Positions 34,541-42,915 of a stretch of 64,000 bases of DNA are shown here, piece after piece. The notes under the pieces were generated by a model. It had not been told where the DNA came from. It ran no database searches and saw only the letters and a program-made list of their open reading frames with translations. Every line of letters starts with the position of its first letter. Position 1 is the first letter of the stretch. Source of the stretch: a virus (lineage: Duplodnaviria > Caudoviricetes); the IMG/VR virus record IMGVR_UViG_3300037466_003849, positions 1-64,000 of that record. The stretch is one strand, 5' to 3'. Made by a program: the position numbers and the translations under genes.

Positions 34541-35346
34541 TTCGGCGCCCTCTCGATCGCTTCCTTGACCACGGCGTCAACCGCGGCCGGGGTCATGTAC
34601 AGCCTGGCCACCTTCTCCAGAGCCTTCAGCTCCGAGGCTGCGTGCGCCAGGTCGGCGATGGACGAGCCGTTGTACCGGCCGGAGGTCGCCGCACCGGTGT
34701 CGAGGTCGGCACGCGCGATGCCGTATCGGGTCGCCGTCGTGCGCAGGAGCTGCGTGATCTGGTCGAGCACCTTGTCGCCCGCCGACGGAGGCGGCACAGG
34801 CGCCGCCTGGGAGATCGGCTTTCCCTCGATCTCGGCTTCTGCCTTCGCCAGGTCGGCCTGGGCGCTGGCGAGGGCGTACTCCTCCTCAGCGAGCCGCTTG
34901 CGGAGGCGGTCGATGTTCTTCGTCGACTCGTTCACCCGCTTCTGTGCCTCCGCGCGCCGCCACTCCAGTTCGACCGAGGGGTCGATGTTGGCGCTGACCT
35001 TCGAGATCCAGTCGACGACATGGGCCGCCCAGTCGGCCTTCTTCGGCAGGGGGCTGGAGTCGCTCCAGCCGCGCAGCTGGAACTCGTTGTCCGAGAGAAC
35101 CCACACAGTCTTGGCGTGCTCGCTGGCGTAGGCGTAGTTGAGCTTCCCTGACCGGGTGACCATGAACTCCAACCGCGCGTGCTGCTGCGGCAAAGAGATG
35201 TCGTTGTGGTAGGTCCCGCGTCCGTTCACGACGGGGTTGCCGGACCACAGCCCCTTGGCTGCGCCGAGGATCGCCATCGCGACCTCGGAATGCTGGTCGG
35301 ACTTGGGGTTGCTGGCCCAGCGCAGCATCTCGTCCAGATTAGCCAT
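34537..35346 (-). CDS. Hypothetical coiled-coil protein
   Basis: Coupled; central heptad region. Confidence 0.65.
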   Translation of the reverse strand: MANLDEMLRWASNPKSDQHSEVAMAILGAAKGLWSGNPVVNGRGTYHNDISLPQQHARLEFMVTRSGKLNYAYASEHAKTVWVLSDNEFQLRGWSDSSPLPKKADWAAHVVDWISKVSANIDPSVELEWRRAEAQKRVNESTKNIDRLRKRLAEEEYALASAQADLAKAEAEIEGKPISQAAPVPPPSAGDKVLDQITQLLRTTATRYGIARADLDTGAATSGRYNGSSIADLAHAASELKALEKVARLYMTPAAVDAVVKEAIERAPK

Positions 35347-35722
35347 AACGCACCTCGCCCAGGATCGCCAGCTGCACGACAGAGTCGATCACGCAGGCGT
35401 CGTACTCCTCGCCCCCGTCACCGCTGACGAGAGATTGCTCGGCCGCCGCAATCGGACGACCGGTGACGCCGCAGTGCTGCCACTTTCCGGCCTTCTCCAG
35501 GTCCAGCAGCTTCCGCCAGCCGGTTGCGATGGAGTCGACGCCGATGGTGAACTCCGCGATGGGCTCCTCCTCGTCGCCGAGTTCGCGGACTATGAGCCGG
35601 GAGAACTCAGGATCACCGGGGATGTCGCTCCACTCGGTGCGCGCCCAGTAGGCGACGGCCGAGGGCGACTCCTCGAGCATCCATCGGTAGAACTGCTCAC
35701 GAACTTCGGTGCGCTTGCTCAT
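35339..35722 (-). CDS. Conserved phage hypothetical protein
   Basis: C-terminal YDA..IDSVVQLAILGEVRYG motif; TGATG start. Confidence 0.7.
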   Translation of the reverse strand: MSKRTEVREQFYRWMLEESPSAVAYWARTEWSDIPGDPEFSRLIVRELGDEEEPIAEFTIGVDSIATGWRKLLDLEKAGKWQHCGVTGRPIAAAEQSLVSGDGGEEYDACVIDSVVQLAILGEVRYG

Positions 35723-36060
35723 CACTTCTCCTCCGGCCAGTTGGCGACGATCACGGAACGCAGTGCGCCCCAGGAGTACCGGCTGTCCAGACCCTGGCCG
35801 CCCGGCGCCGACACGAATGTCTGCTTGAACTTCTTCTTGCCTGGCGTCTTGTCGGCCCGGAGGTTGTTGCCCCACAGCAGCGCGGTGCGAATCTTCCACG
35901 TCCCACCGTCGATTCGGACGTACTCCAGGTAGGCGTAGTCCGGCAGCCACTCGGCGCCCTTGTTGTCGGTGTGAAGGTCGTCGCTCGTTACGTCCGCCCG
36001 GATCGCCCGGACATCGGTGACGGTCGTGGTGTCCTTGACGGAGCTGATCTCGAATTCCAT
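35722..36060 (-). CDS. Hypothetical protein, similar to second half of 33599-34150
   Basis: RBS GAAGGG; W.P...LEY.R..GG.W...WG..LRAD. Confidence 0.65.
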   Translation of the reverse strand: MEFEISSVKDTTTVTDVRAIRADVTSDDLHTDNKGAEWLPDYAYLEYVRIDGGTWKIRTALLWGNNLRADKTPGKKKFKQTFVSAPGGQGLDSRYSWGALRSVIVANWPEEK

Positions 36061-36062
36061 GG

Positions 36063-36242
36063 TCAGTTCCCCTTCGTAGATGCCCGGCGCGCTGCCGCGG
36101 CGTGACGGCGCCAGTTGCCCATGCACCGGTTGCTCCATTCGAGCTGCGAGGCCCATCCGCACGAGCAGACGGCCTGAAACTTGCGACCCTCGGCGGTCTC
36201 GACAACCGCGAGGTTGGAGGAGTGAGTCGTGGTCTCGCTCAT
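36063..36242 (-). CDS. Small Zn-finger-like protein (59 aa)
   Basis: AVCSCGW...H; TGATG start. Confidence 0.6.
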   Translation of the reverse strand: MSETTTHSSNLAVVETAEGRKFQAVCSCGWASQLEWSNRCMGNWRRHAAAARRASTKGN

Positions 36243-37045
36243 CACTTCTCCTCGGTCGCCGCGAGCTCGCGATCGGCATCCCACTCGGCCTGTCGGCGCG
36301 TCTTCCAGATCTCCAGCGCCCGCGCCTGCGCCGCCTGCTTGGTCGGATGCTTGACGGCGTACTCGTCGTCGGTCACGCCGATGCCCTGGGACACCGTGAG
36401 CCCCCAGTACTGCTCGCTGCTGCCGGACTGCCTGCGCGAGATGGAGTAGGTCTCCTTGCGGCCGATGTAGTCGGCGCAGTGGGCGACGTAGTTGCCGTCG
36501 GACTTCTTGTAGAACCTCGGCGGCACCCATGCGTCGGCGACCTTGCTGATGTACAGGATCGAGCCGCTGGGGCTCGCCTCGACGGTGTAGCCCGCCTCCT
36601 TCAGCACCTTGGCGATCCGGGCGGCCTTCTTGGTGTTGACCTCCTCGATGTCGTCGGTGTCGACGCTCACCGAGATGCGGGTGGGGCCGGACTGGCTCAC
36701 CCGCAGGCCGGGCCGGGCGCGGTCGTGGGAGGTCTTGTACCCCAGCCGCCGCATGGCCAGCGCCATCGTGTTCACCGCCAGCAGGCCGGGGCGCATCCAC
36801 GGCTCGTGCTCGTCGGCCTTGCGCGGCCGTCCGGTCTGACGGTCGATCTTGGCGTAGGCCAGGATGTCGGCGCGCACGTAGATGTCGGTGCCCGAGGGGG
36901 AGGCGAGCTTCGGCGGGAAGTCTTCGGCCTTCTTCAGCACGTTCACCCGCTGACGCGAGCAGCCGAGGATCTCGGCGATATCGGCGACCCCGACGAGGTC
37001 GGCCGCGGGGGTGCCAGCGAGGGTGCTGGCGATCCACTCCGTCAT
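36242..37045 (-). CDS. HTH (AlpA/MerR-like) multidomain protein
   Basis: LVGVADIAEILGCSRQRV..L...DFPP..GRPR; RBS GAAAGGA. Confidence 0.75.
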   Translation of the reverse strand: MTEWIASTLAGTPAADLVGVADIAEILGCSRQRVNVLKKAEDFPPKLASPSGTDIYVRADILAYAKIDRQTGRPRKADEHEPWMRPGLLAVNTMALAMRRLGYKTSHDRARPGLRVSQSGPTRISVSVDTDDIEEVNTKKAARIAKVLKEAGYTVEASPSGSILYISKVADAWVPPRFYKKSDGNYVAHCADYIGRKETYSISRRQSGSSEQYWGLTVSQGIGVTDDEYAVKHPTKQAAQARALEIWKTRRQAEWDADRELAATEEK

Positions 37046-37083
37046 GGATTGTCCTTTCGATGAACGGGGTAGAGTGTGGACCC

Positions 37084-37114
37084 GAGCCGGGGTGCATAGG
37101 TCGCATCCCGGCTC
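37084..37114. promoter_or_regulatory. Hairpin with ATAGGTC loop
   Basis: GAGCCGGGGTGC-ATAGGTC-GCATCCCGGCTC, followed by TTTCT on the + strand. Confidence 0.6.
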
Positions 37115-37164
37115 TTTCTGTGTCCGCGCTCCCTCCGTACGAACGACTATACGGGAAAGAGTTG

Positions 37165-37578
37165 TCAGTCGTCAACCCTTTTTGGAGCAGGCTCGTTGAG
37201 GATCTGGGCGACGCGCTGACGACTCAGGCCGACGAGCGCGGCAATGTCGTGAGCCTTGAGATTGTCCCGGCCGAGATCGTGGACGAACGCCTTCGTCGTG
37301 CTCTCGATTTCCTTCTCGAATTCCCGCAGGCGCCCACGTGCCCGCAGCAATGCGCGTGAGCGAGATTCGATGCGCTTGGTGTGCCTGAAATCGCCCATGG
37401 TCATGACGACTTCGAATTCCGAGGGCCGCAGATCCTTCTCCAGCATGATGAAGCTCTGCGCCGCCTCGACGACGCCCTCCAGCTTGGTGGCGTGAGTCTT
37501 CACACCCTCTCCGACCTCGGGTAACTCGATAGTCCACGATGTCCCGTCGTACCCGGACACGACAGCTGTAAATCGCAT
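37165..37578 (-). CDS. HicB-like antitoxin (RNase H-like fold plus C-terminal HTH), no adjacent toxin
   Basis: F.A......W.IE.PEV...THA.KL..V.E.A..FI; DIAALVGLSRQRVAQIL. Confidence 0.7.
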   Translation of the reverse strand: MRFTAVVSGYDGTSWTIELPEVGEGVKTHATKLEGVVEAAQSFIMLEKDLRPSEFEVVMTMGDFRHTKRIESRSRALLRARGRLREFEKEIESTTKAFVHDLGRDNLKAHDIAALVGLSRQRVAQILNEPAPKRVDD

Positions 37579-37603
37579 AGCGATCCTCCTTTCGACACGC
37601 TCA

Positions 37604-37663
37604 TGCTATCCGGTAGCACGCTGATCCGCTAGTCGGTAGCAGCAGTGATGCTATCCAGTAGCA
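37604..37663. promoter_or_regulatory. Three phased palindromic operators
   Basis: (T/C)GCTA-N5-TAGCA at 37604, 37627, 37649. Confidence 0.7.
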
Positions 37664-37718
37664 CCACATGATCGAGCCGGGGCGTATATCGCCAGATCAG
37701 CGCCTGTCCAGCCAGGCG

Positions 37719-37738
37719 TTATACGGTGTATAAATAGT
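37719..37738 (+). promoter_or_regulatory. Candidate promoter/operator before a probably leaderless gene
   Basis: TTATAC-GGT-GTATAA palindrome overlapping TATAAA, just upstream of ATG 37741. Confidence 0.45.
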
Positions 37739-37740
37739 CC

Positions 37741-38598
37741 ATGTCTGATCGTGTCTGTGGAATGAAGCGCTGCTCCCGGTCGTCACCGAATTACATCTGC
37801 AACCTGTGCAACCGATACCTCCACAAGGACCTGCGAGCCGTCGCCTGGCTGGGCCGCGAGCTCCAGGTCACCCTCACCCGTACCGATCAGCTCGGCGATC
37901 CCTACGCCGACGGCGGCCACGCCACCGAGAAGCCGCTGATCTTCAACGACGCCGCCAGCGAGGCCGCGTGGGCGCTGCGCAATGATCTCCAGTACTGGAC
38001 CGGCGAACTGGCCGAGTTCATGGGCGTGACCTTCGTGCCGCTGGGCTCGACCCACCTGGCCAGCTTTGTCGGCCCGATCCGGCCGGGGGAGAGCCACGCC
38101 CCGCAGGACTACCGGCCCACCGCGCCGGACCTCGCGGCCTGGCTGGCCTACCACACCGCCACGATTCCGAAGATGGCCGCCGCCGCCGAGTGCGCCGACG
38201 CCATCGCCAACTCCGTCGCCCTCGTCGGCCGGACCATCGACAAGCGCGACGTGCCAGTGTTCTGCGGCCCGTGCCCGCACTGCGAGAAGGGCGGACTGTT
38301 CGGCCGCCGCGACGCCGACCGCCTGCACTGCCGCAGCTGTGGCGCGAAGGTCGACCGTGACGCCAACGAGGTGAGCGTGCACACCGAGCTGCGTCGCCGA
38401 TTCTTCCCGGCGGGGGAGATGGCCATCGTCGTCACGAACATCACCGGCAAGGAGATGTCCTCCAAGCAAATTCACAACTACGCCGCCGCCCGGCGCGACC
38501 GAATCCGCAGTGTCGTCGATACTCTCGGCCGCCGTCTGTATTCGGCCGCGGATGTTCTTGCCGCCATGGGGTATTCGAGCACCGTGGCGGCGGCGTAA
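37741..38598 (+). CDS. Zn-binding protein with C-terminal HTH (candidate late regulator)
   Basis: C..C N-terminus, CGPCPHC..C.SCG, C-terminal RLYSAADVL; position before the late region. Confidence 0.7.
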   Translation: MSDRVCGMKRCSRSSPNYICNLCNRYLHKDLRAVAWLGRELQVTLTRTDQLGDPYADGGHATEKPLIFNDAASEAAWALRNDLQYWTGELAEFMGVTFVPLGSTHLASFVGPIRPGESHAPQDYRPTAPDLAAWLAYHTATIPKMAAAAECADAIANSVALVGRTIDKRDVPVFCGPCPHCEKGGLFGRRDADRLHCRSCGAKVDRDANEVSVHTELRRRFFPAGEMAIVVTNITGKEMSSKQIHNYAAARRDRIRSVVDTLGRRLYSAADVLAAMGYSSTVAAA

Positions 38599-38692
38599 CA
38601 ACTACCCTGTAGTTCTGCGATCAGGTAGCGGGCCGGTTACCGCAATGCCTCCGCCGGAGACGGCAATTGAACAATCGAAAGGACTGCCCGAC

Positions 38693-39403
38693 ATGGGTAA
38701 AACGATTCCCGACGCCTACTCGCCAGCGACCAAGGAAACCGCGCTCCAACTTCTTCGCGAAGCGGTCGATTCGGGCAAAACCCTCAACGCGGCGGCGAAC
38801 GAAGTGGCGGACGCATTCTCCGATGGCCCGGCCGCCCCGACATTGATGGGCTGGGCGCGCAAGGCTGGGATCAGTTCCACTGCGACGCAGGGAAGGAATT
38901 ACAGCGACGAGCAGCGCCGCAAGGCCGTGGCCGAGATGCTGGAGCTGATCAAGCAGGGCAAGACGCCGCACATCGCCGCGACGACGGTCTCGAAGATGCC
39001 GGGGATGCCGAAGGTGACCGCCCTGCGCCGATGGCTCGACGCGTCCGCCGACGAGCTTGCCGCCGCGGCGAAGGAGAACGAGAAGCGCCGAGCCGAGGAG
39101 CTCGCCGCCTTCGAGGCTGAGCTGCGCGAGACCACCGCGCAGATCAAGGAGAAGCCGGTCGCACTGGAGCGCATCGAGCCTGTTCCCGCTACCGCCGCCG
39201 ACGCTCTGGTCACGCAGATCAACGAGCTGAAGGCAGAGAAGGCCGACCTCACCGATCGCCTCCAGGACGTCCAGGACGACTACGACAAGCTGATGGGCAA
39301 GTTCATCGAGCTCCAGGCCCGCCTGAGCGACGAGTCGCACCTGCGCGAGGAGGTGTCGAGGCTGCGCATCCTGGTGAACTTCTACACCTCCGAGGCGATC
39401 TGA
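38693..39403 (+). CDS. Tandem transposase-type HTH plus coiled-coil protein (IS3 OrfA-like)
   Basis: YSPATKETAL...TLMGWARKA and YSDEQRRKAV...ALRRW repeats; leucine-zipper-like end; RBS GAAAGGA. Confidence 0.65.
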   Translation: MGKTIPDAYSPATKETALQLLREAVDSGKTLNAAANEVADAFSDGPAAPTLMGWARKAGISSTATQGRNYSDEQRRKAVAEMLELIKQGKTPHIAATTVSKMPGMPKVTALRRWLDASADELAAAAKENEKRRAEELAAFEAELRETTAQIKEKPVALERIEPVPATAADALVTQINELKAEKADLTDRLQDVQDDYDKLMGKFIELQARLSDESHLREEVSRLRILVNFYTSEAI

Positions 39404-39520
39404 CCGTCCGCGACACGCCGAATATCCTGCATGTGGTTGAAACGCGCAGACACGACGTGTTTAGGCTAATTCGCCTGACGTGTACTGGATAAGTCACAAA
39501 GTCAGGCCCACAACTGAATC

Positions 39521-39732
39521 GAAACGCCCCATTGCGTGCTCCGTCGCGGTGGGGCGTTTCCCATGGATAGCGGGCCGCCATCCTCGTTACCGCAGAAAAC
39601 GAAGAATGCCGCGCCCGTAGCACCGCGCCGGATGGAGTTACGTCCTTTCGCCATCCGGTTGCGTGTGCCGCTGTGTCGCCCCCTCCAGCGCAAACATGAG
39701 GGGGCTCAACTTCCGGCCGGAATCATCGGCCG
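39521..39732. ncRNA. Multi-hairpin intergenic segment (candidate structured RNA or leader)
   Basis: Four consecutive stems at 39521-60, 39628-58, 39678-705, 39714-32. Confidence 0.3.
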
Positions 39733-39753
39733 AACCCTGAGAAGGAATCACAG

Positions 39754-39819
39754 ATGAACGCCTGGATCGCCTATGGCCTGATCCAGTGGCTTCTGCATTT
39801 CGCGAGGCCACTGGGATGA
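39754..39819 (+). CDS. 21-aa peptide (MNAWIAYGLIQWLLHFARPLG)
   Basis: RBS GAGAAGGA; ATGA overlap with next gene. Confidence 0.45.
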   Translation: MNAWIAYGLIQWLLHFARPLG

Positions 39820-40031
39820 ACGCGATGAAAGGACAGACGCCCGAGCAATCGCGGCCGTGTGCGGCATTTCTGCGGAAGACCATCAAGCCCGCGCACCCGC
39901 AGTACAACGCCGTCTCTCAGGAGTGGTACGTCGACTGCGTCAGCGCGCACGGCCACTCCGGGATGCACAGCAGCGCCCGCGGTGACCGCTGGCTGACCAC
40001 CGAGGGAGTAGTGATCGACCGTCGTGGCTGA
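39816..40031 (+). CDS. Small Cys/His protein
   Basis: C....DC....GH.G.H motif. Confidence 0.55.
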   Translation: MNAMKGQTPEQSRPCAAFLRKTIKPAHPQYNAVSQEWYVDCVSAHGHSGMHSSARGDRWLTTEGVVIDRRG

Positions 40032-40233
40032 GAAGACGAAAGACCCCGCCATCGCCGCCCTGGCCAACACCTTGTCGAACATCCCGCACCCCGGCGGCCA
40101 GGAGCTGCGCCTGGTGATGTTCGACGGCGCCTCCGACTCGGTGAAGACCCAGGTCGCCGAGGGCATCGTCCACTTCCTGCGGAAGAACGGCCACATGCCC
40201 TACCCGCGGTCGACCAAGCGCCGGACGAAGTGA
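40024..40233 (+). CDS. Small hypothetical protein
   Basis: RBS GAGGGAG. Confidence 0.6.
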   Translation: MAEKTKDPAIAALANTLSNIPHPGGQELRLVMFDGASDSVKTQVAEGIVHFLRKNGHMPYPRSTKRRTK

Positions 40234-40427
40234 TGGGTAAGGCGAAGAAGGCCAAGCAGGCCACCACCGCCGCCGAGGCGCCGCGCGTCATCGGCAACCC
40301 CACCGCTGCCCAGCGCGCCAGCGTGATCCAGGTGATCACCGGCCTGCTGGAGCGCGTCAACCTCGGCTCCGCGCTCACTCGCGGCGAGGACGGCAGCATC
40401 ACGATCCGCATACCGAAAGGTCCGTAA
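40230..40427 (+). CDS. Small hypothetical protein
   Basis: Coupled overlap. Confidence 0.6.
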   Translation: MMGKAKKAKQATTAAEAPRVIGNPTAAQRASVIQVITGLLERVNLGSALTRGEDGSITIRIPKGP

Positions 40428-40549
40428 TGGACACCGAAGACACCGACGACCGGCCGGTGACCATCGCCGATCGTCTCGGCCCCGAGGTGGTGGCGTCGCT
40501 GATGGCGAAGGCCACGGCGAGCGCCGACGCCGCCGACGCGCAGCGATAG
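40427..40549 (+). CDS. 40-aa acidic peptide
   Basis: TAATG overlap. Confidence 0.45.
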   Translation: MDTEDTDDRPVTIADRLGPEVVASLMAKATASADAADAQR

Positions 40550-40556
40550 GAGCACG

Positions 40557-40868
40557 ATGCCACGTCCGCCCCGCCGTCCCGAACATCCCGATCTCGATCT
40601 GCTGTCCCAGGCGGTGGCCGAGACCGACATCGCCAGCGCCCAGGGCGCCAGCCACGACGAGATCTTCAGCCGCGTCATCGCGCCGGAAGTCCTCGATTAC
40701 GCCGCCGTCTCCCGCGCCAACCTCGCCCGCCACCAGCTGAAGCTGTCCGCCTCCTCGGAGACCGGGATGGCCGCGACCTGGCAGGACGGATTCATGGCAG
40801 GCGCCCGATATCAGCAGCTGAAGGAATCGGCGGCCGGGGAAGAAATCCCCGCGGCCACGAATTCCTGA
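40557..40868 (+). CDS. Hypothetical protein
   Basis: RBS AGGAG; HPDL..LSQAV...W.DGFMAG motif. Confidence 0.65.
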   Translation: MPRPPRRPEHPDLDLLSQAVAETDIASAQGASHDEIFSRVIAPEVLDYAAVSRANLARHQLKLSASSETGMAATWQDGFMAGARYQQLKESAAGEEIPAATNS

Positions 40869-40925
40869 AATCCGACGAATTCCCGAAATCCCGGAACTCC
40901 TGCCCGCCAGGAATTCCGGGATTTC
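40859..40925. repeat. Tandem GAATTCC(T/C)GAAATCC repeats plus 18-bp inverted repeat
   Basis: Units at 40859 and 40877; stem 40885-902 / 40908-925 with one mismatch. Confidence 0.6.
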
Positions 40926-40990
40926 TTCGCGTCTGGGGATCTCCTCCGGCCGCACCGGCCCGACTGCGATCCGGCCGACGAAAGGACACC

Positions 40991-41326
40991 ATGGAGATCA
41001 ACACCGACGACGGCAGCAAGGGGCTCTGGCTGATGACCGGCCCTTCCGGCGACGACACCCCGGCCAAGATCGGCCTGCTGTTCGATTGGTGCCGCTATGA
41101 CAGTGACGCGCACGGCTGGGCCATCAGTGGCGGCACACCGCGCGGCGTCTTCGCCGTCGGCTGGATGCCGTGCCTCAGCGCGAGCTGCCCGCTACGTGGA
41201 ATGCCGAAGCCGCTGCACCATGCGATCGTCCTCGTCGGCAACCTCGTCGACAGCCTCCACGCCTGCGCCGACACCCTCGCCCTCGTGGCCCGCCGAGCCC
41301 GCGGCTTCTCGCGACTCTCGCGCTGA
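40991..41326 (+). CDS. Hypothetical protein
   Basis: RBS GAAAGGA; TGATG overlap with HNH gene. Confidence 0.6.
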   Translation: MEINTDDGSKGLWLMTGPSGDDTPAKIGLLFDWCRYDSDAHGWAISGGTPRGVFAVGWMPCLSASCPLRGMPKPLHHAIVLVGNLVDSLHACADTLALVARRARGFSRLSR

Positions 41327-41697
41327 TGGCCACGCGGGTACGCCGTCCGTGCACGCAGTGCGGCCAGCCGGTCGTCTCCGGCGGCAAGTGCGCCCGGCAC
41401 CTCGCGCTACACCACAAGCGCGTCGACCAGATCCGCGGTAACTCCTCGCAGCGCGGCTACGACAACGAGCACCGCACGCGCTTCCGTGCCGAGGTGCTGC
41501 GGCGGGACAACTACACCTGCCAGATCTGCTCCGGCTACGCCGACCGCGCCGACCATCACCCGCTCTCACGCAAGGAGCTGGTCGAGGCCAGGCTCGATCC
41601 CAACGATCCCGTCCACGGCCGGGCGCTGTGCGAGTACTGCCATAACCGGCACACCGCCAAGACGCAAGGCAAGGACAACTGGCGCAAGTCGCGATGA
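41326..41697 (+). CDS. HNH endonuclease (packaging-associated type)
   Basis: RGYD...R..VL.RD..TCQIC..ADH..P...GRALCEYCHNRHT. Confidence 0.92.
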   Translation: MATRVRRPCTQCGQPVVSGGKCARHLALHHKRVDQIRGNSSQRGYDNEHRTRFRAEVLRRDNYTCQICSGYADRADHHPLSRKELVEARLDPNDPVHGRALCEYCHNRHTAKTQGKDNWRKSR

Positions 41698-41844
41698 GAG
41701 CTCATCGGCGAGGGCCTCGGAGGGGAGGGGCTTCGCCGCGCCCGCGCGGCCGTTTCGGATCGGTTTCGCCGGGCGGTGGGAAAAAAATTTTTGGAGCACA
41801 ATCCTCGCTGGTCGGCAGGAGAAACCGTCGCTGGGAAACCCGCA

Positions 41845-41893
41845 GTACCCCCCGTGGGTATCTGAGACCCGGCTGGATACCCACCGGGGGTAC
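41845..41893. repeat. 18-bp inverted repeat near the presumed genome end
   Basis: GTACCCCCCGTGGGTATC-N13-GATACCCACCGGGGGTAC (one mismatch). Confidence 0.65.
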
Positions 41894-42029
41894 CAAGTGT
41901 TGACGATGTCAAGATCACGATTAAATATCTCCGCGTGTCGTAGCATTCGGGCGTGTCGTGCGTCCCGCATCGCCTCGGCTCGTTGGCGCTGTTCACGGCG
42001 CGTTTCCGTGCCCGAACGCACCGCAAGCC

Positions 42030-42330
42030 ATGTCGGCGCCGTCGGCGCGCCCGTCGGCGCCTTGTCGGCCGGATCGCTGGCGCGCCGTACAGGTCGGCTG
42101 TAGCGGTTGCTGTCGGCGCCGTCGGCCGGATCGCTGGCAGGCTGGCGCCGATCACGTCGGCCGGTCGCAAAGGGTCGGCCGGATCGCTGGCGCCGTCGCT
42201 GGCAGGCTCGAGCCGATGAGTCGGCCGGACATGCCGTGCGCCGTCGGCGCCAAGTCGGCGCCGTGCGGGACGCTCACCCAATCGGCCCGGTCGGCGCCGT
42301 TGCTGGCGCCCGGTCGGCCGGTCGAGTCTT
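42030..42330. repeat. Strand-polarised GTCGGC(GCC/CGG) simple-repeat tract
   Basis: More than 10 units; GTCGGCCGGATCGCTGGC at 42064, 42121, 42174. Confidence 0.75.
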
Positions 42331-42463
42331 AGGCACCGAGTGTGGCGCCCGTACGTGGTTGCGCGGTCCTAGATTCCGCGCTGTGAGGCTCGATATCCGA
42401 GCATGGTGCTTGCGATCGGTTCTCCTTCTGTCACGTGACGTAATGCTGTGTCGGCAAGATCGC

Positions 42464-42512
42464 CAGAAACACAACAAGCCCTACCGACATAGGCGCCGAT
42501 AGGGCTTGTTGT
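42464..42512 (-). terminator. Terminator of the leftward gene array
   Basis: ACAACAAGCCCTA...TAGGGCTTGTTGT 13-bp stem. Confidence 0.7.
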
Positions 42513-42528
42513 CTCGCTGTGCGCACCC

Positions 42529-42567
42529 ACGGCGCCGCGTGCGGATAGGTCCCGCGCGCGGCGCCGT
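42529..42567. repeat. Degenerate copy of array hairpin (16-bp stem, ATAGGTC loop)
   Basis: ACGGCGCCGCGTGCGG-ATAGGTC-CCGCGCGCGGCGCCGT. Confidence 0.75.
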
Positions 42568-42580
42568 CGGCGGCTCGGCA

Positions 42581-42832
42581 TCAGTACGTGTTGTCGTGCG
42601 TGAGGCCGCCGAGCCATTCGGGCACCCGCTTGCCCTGCCACATGATCAGCAATCGGCTCGGTATGCCAACCGTGCGGCTGTCGACGTATCGAACAATGCG
42701 CTTGTTGGTGCTGGCCTTGCGTCGGCGCAATTCCTTGCAAGCGTCAATGAAGGAAAGCGTTTGCGTTCCGCTGCTCCATTGTTCGGTCACGGGTGAGTAT
42801 TCCTGCGCGTAGAAAACGTCAATTTCTCGCAT
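42581..42832 (-). CDS. Array gene (83 aa), unknown function
   Basis: RBS GAGAGAGG; MREIDVFYAQEYS... Confidence 0.7.
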   Translation of the reverse strand: MREIDVFYAQEYSPVTEQWSSGTQTLSFIDACKELRRRKASTNKRIVRYVDSRTVGIPSRLLIMWQGKRVPEWLGGLTHDNTY

Positions 42833-42851
42833 GTAATTACCTCTCTCGGTT

Positions 42852-42915
42852 CGGCCCAGTTGCCGTGACACACCGCGCGGATAGGTCCCGCACGGTGTCT
42901 CGGAGACGACTAGGA
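42852..42915. repeat. 64-bp intergenic repeat, copy 1
   Basis: CGGCCCAGTTGCCGTGACACACCGCGCGGATAGGTCCCGCACGGTGTCTCGGAGACGACTAGGA. Confidence 0.95.

Noticed and set aside
38693-39403. Active IS3 element
   Set aside because: No OrfB/DDE domain, frameshift window or terminal inverted repeats found.
41556-42281. ORFs across the GTCGGC repeat tract
   Set aside because: Arg/Ala/Pro low-complexity translations of simple repeats, without RBS or motifs.
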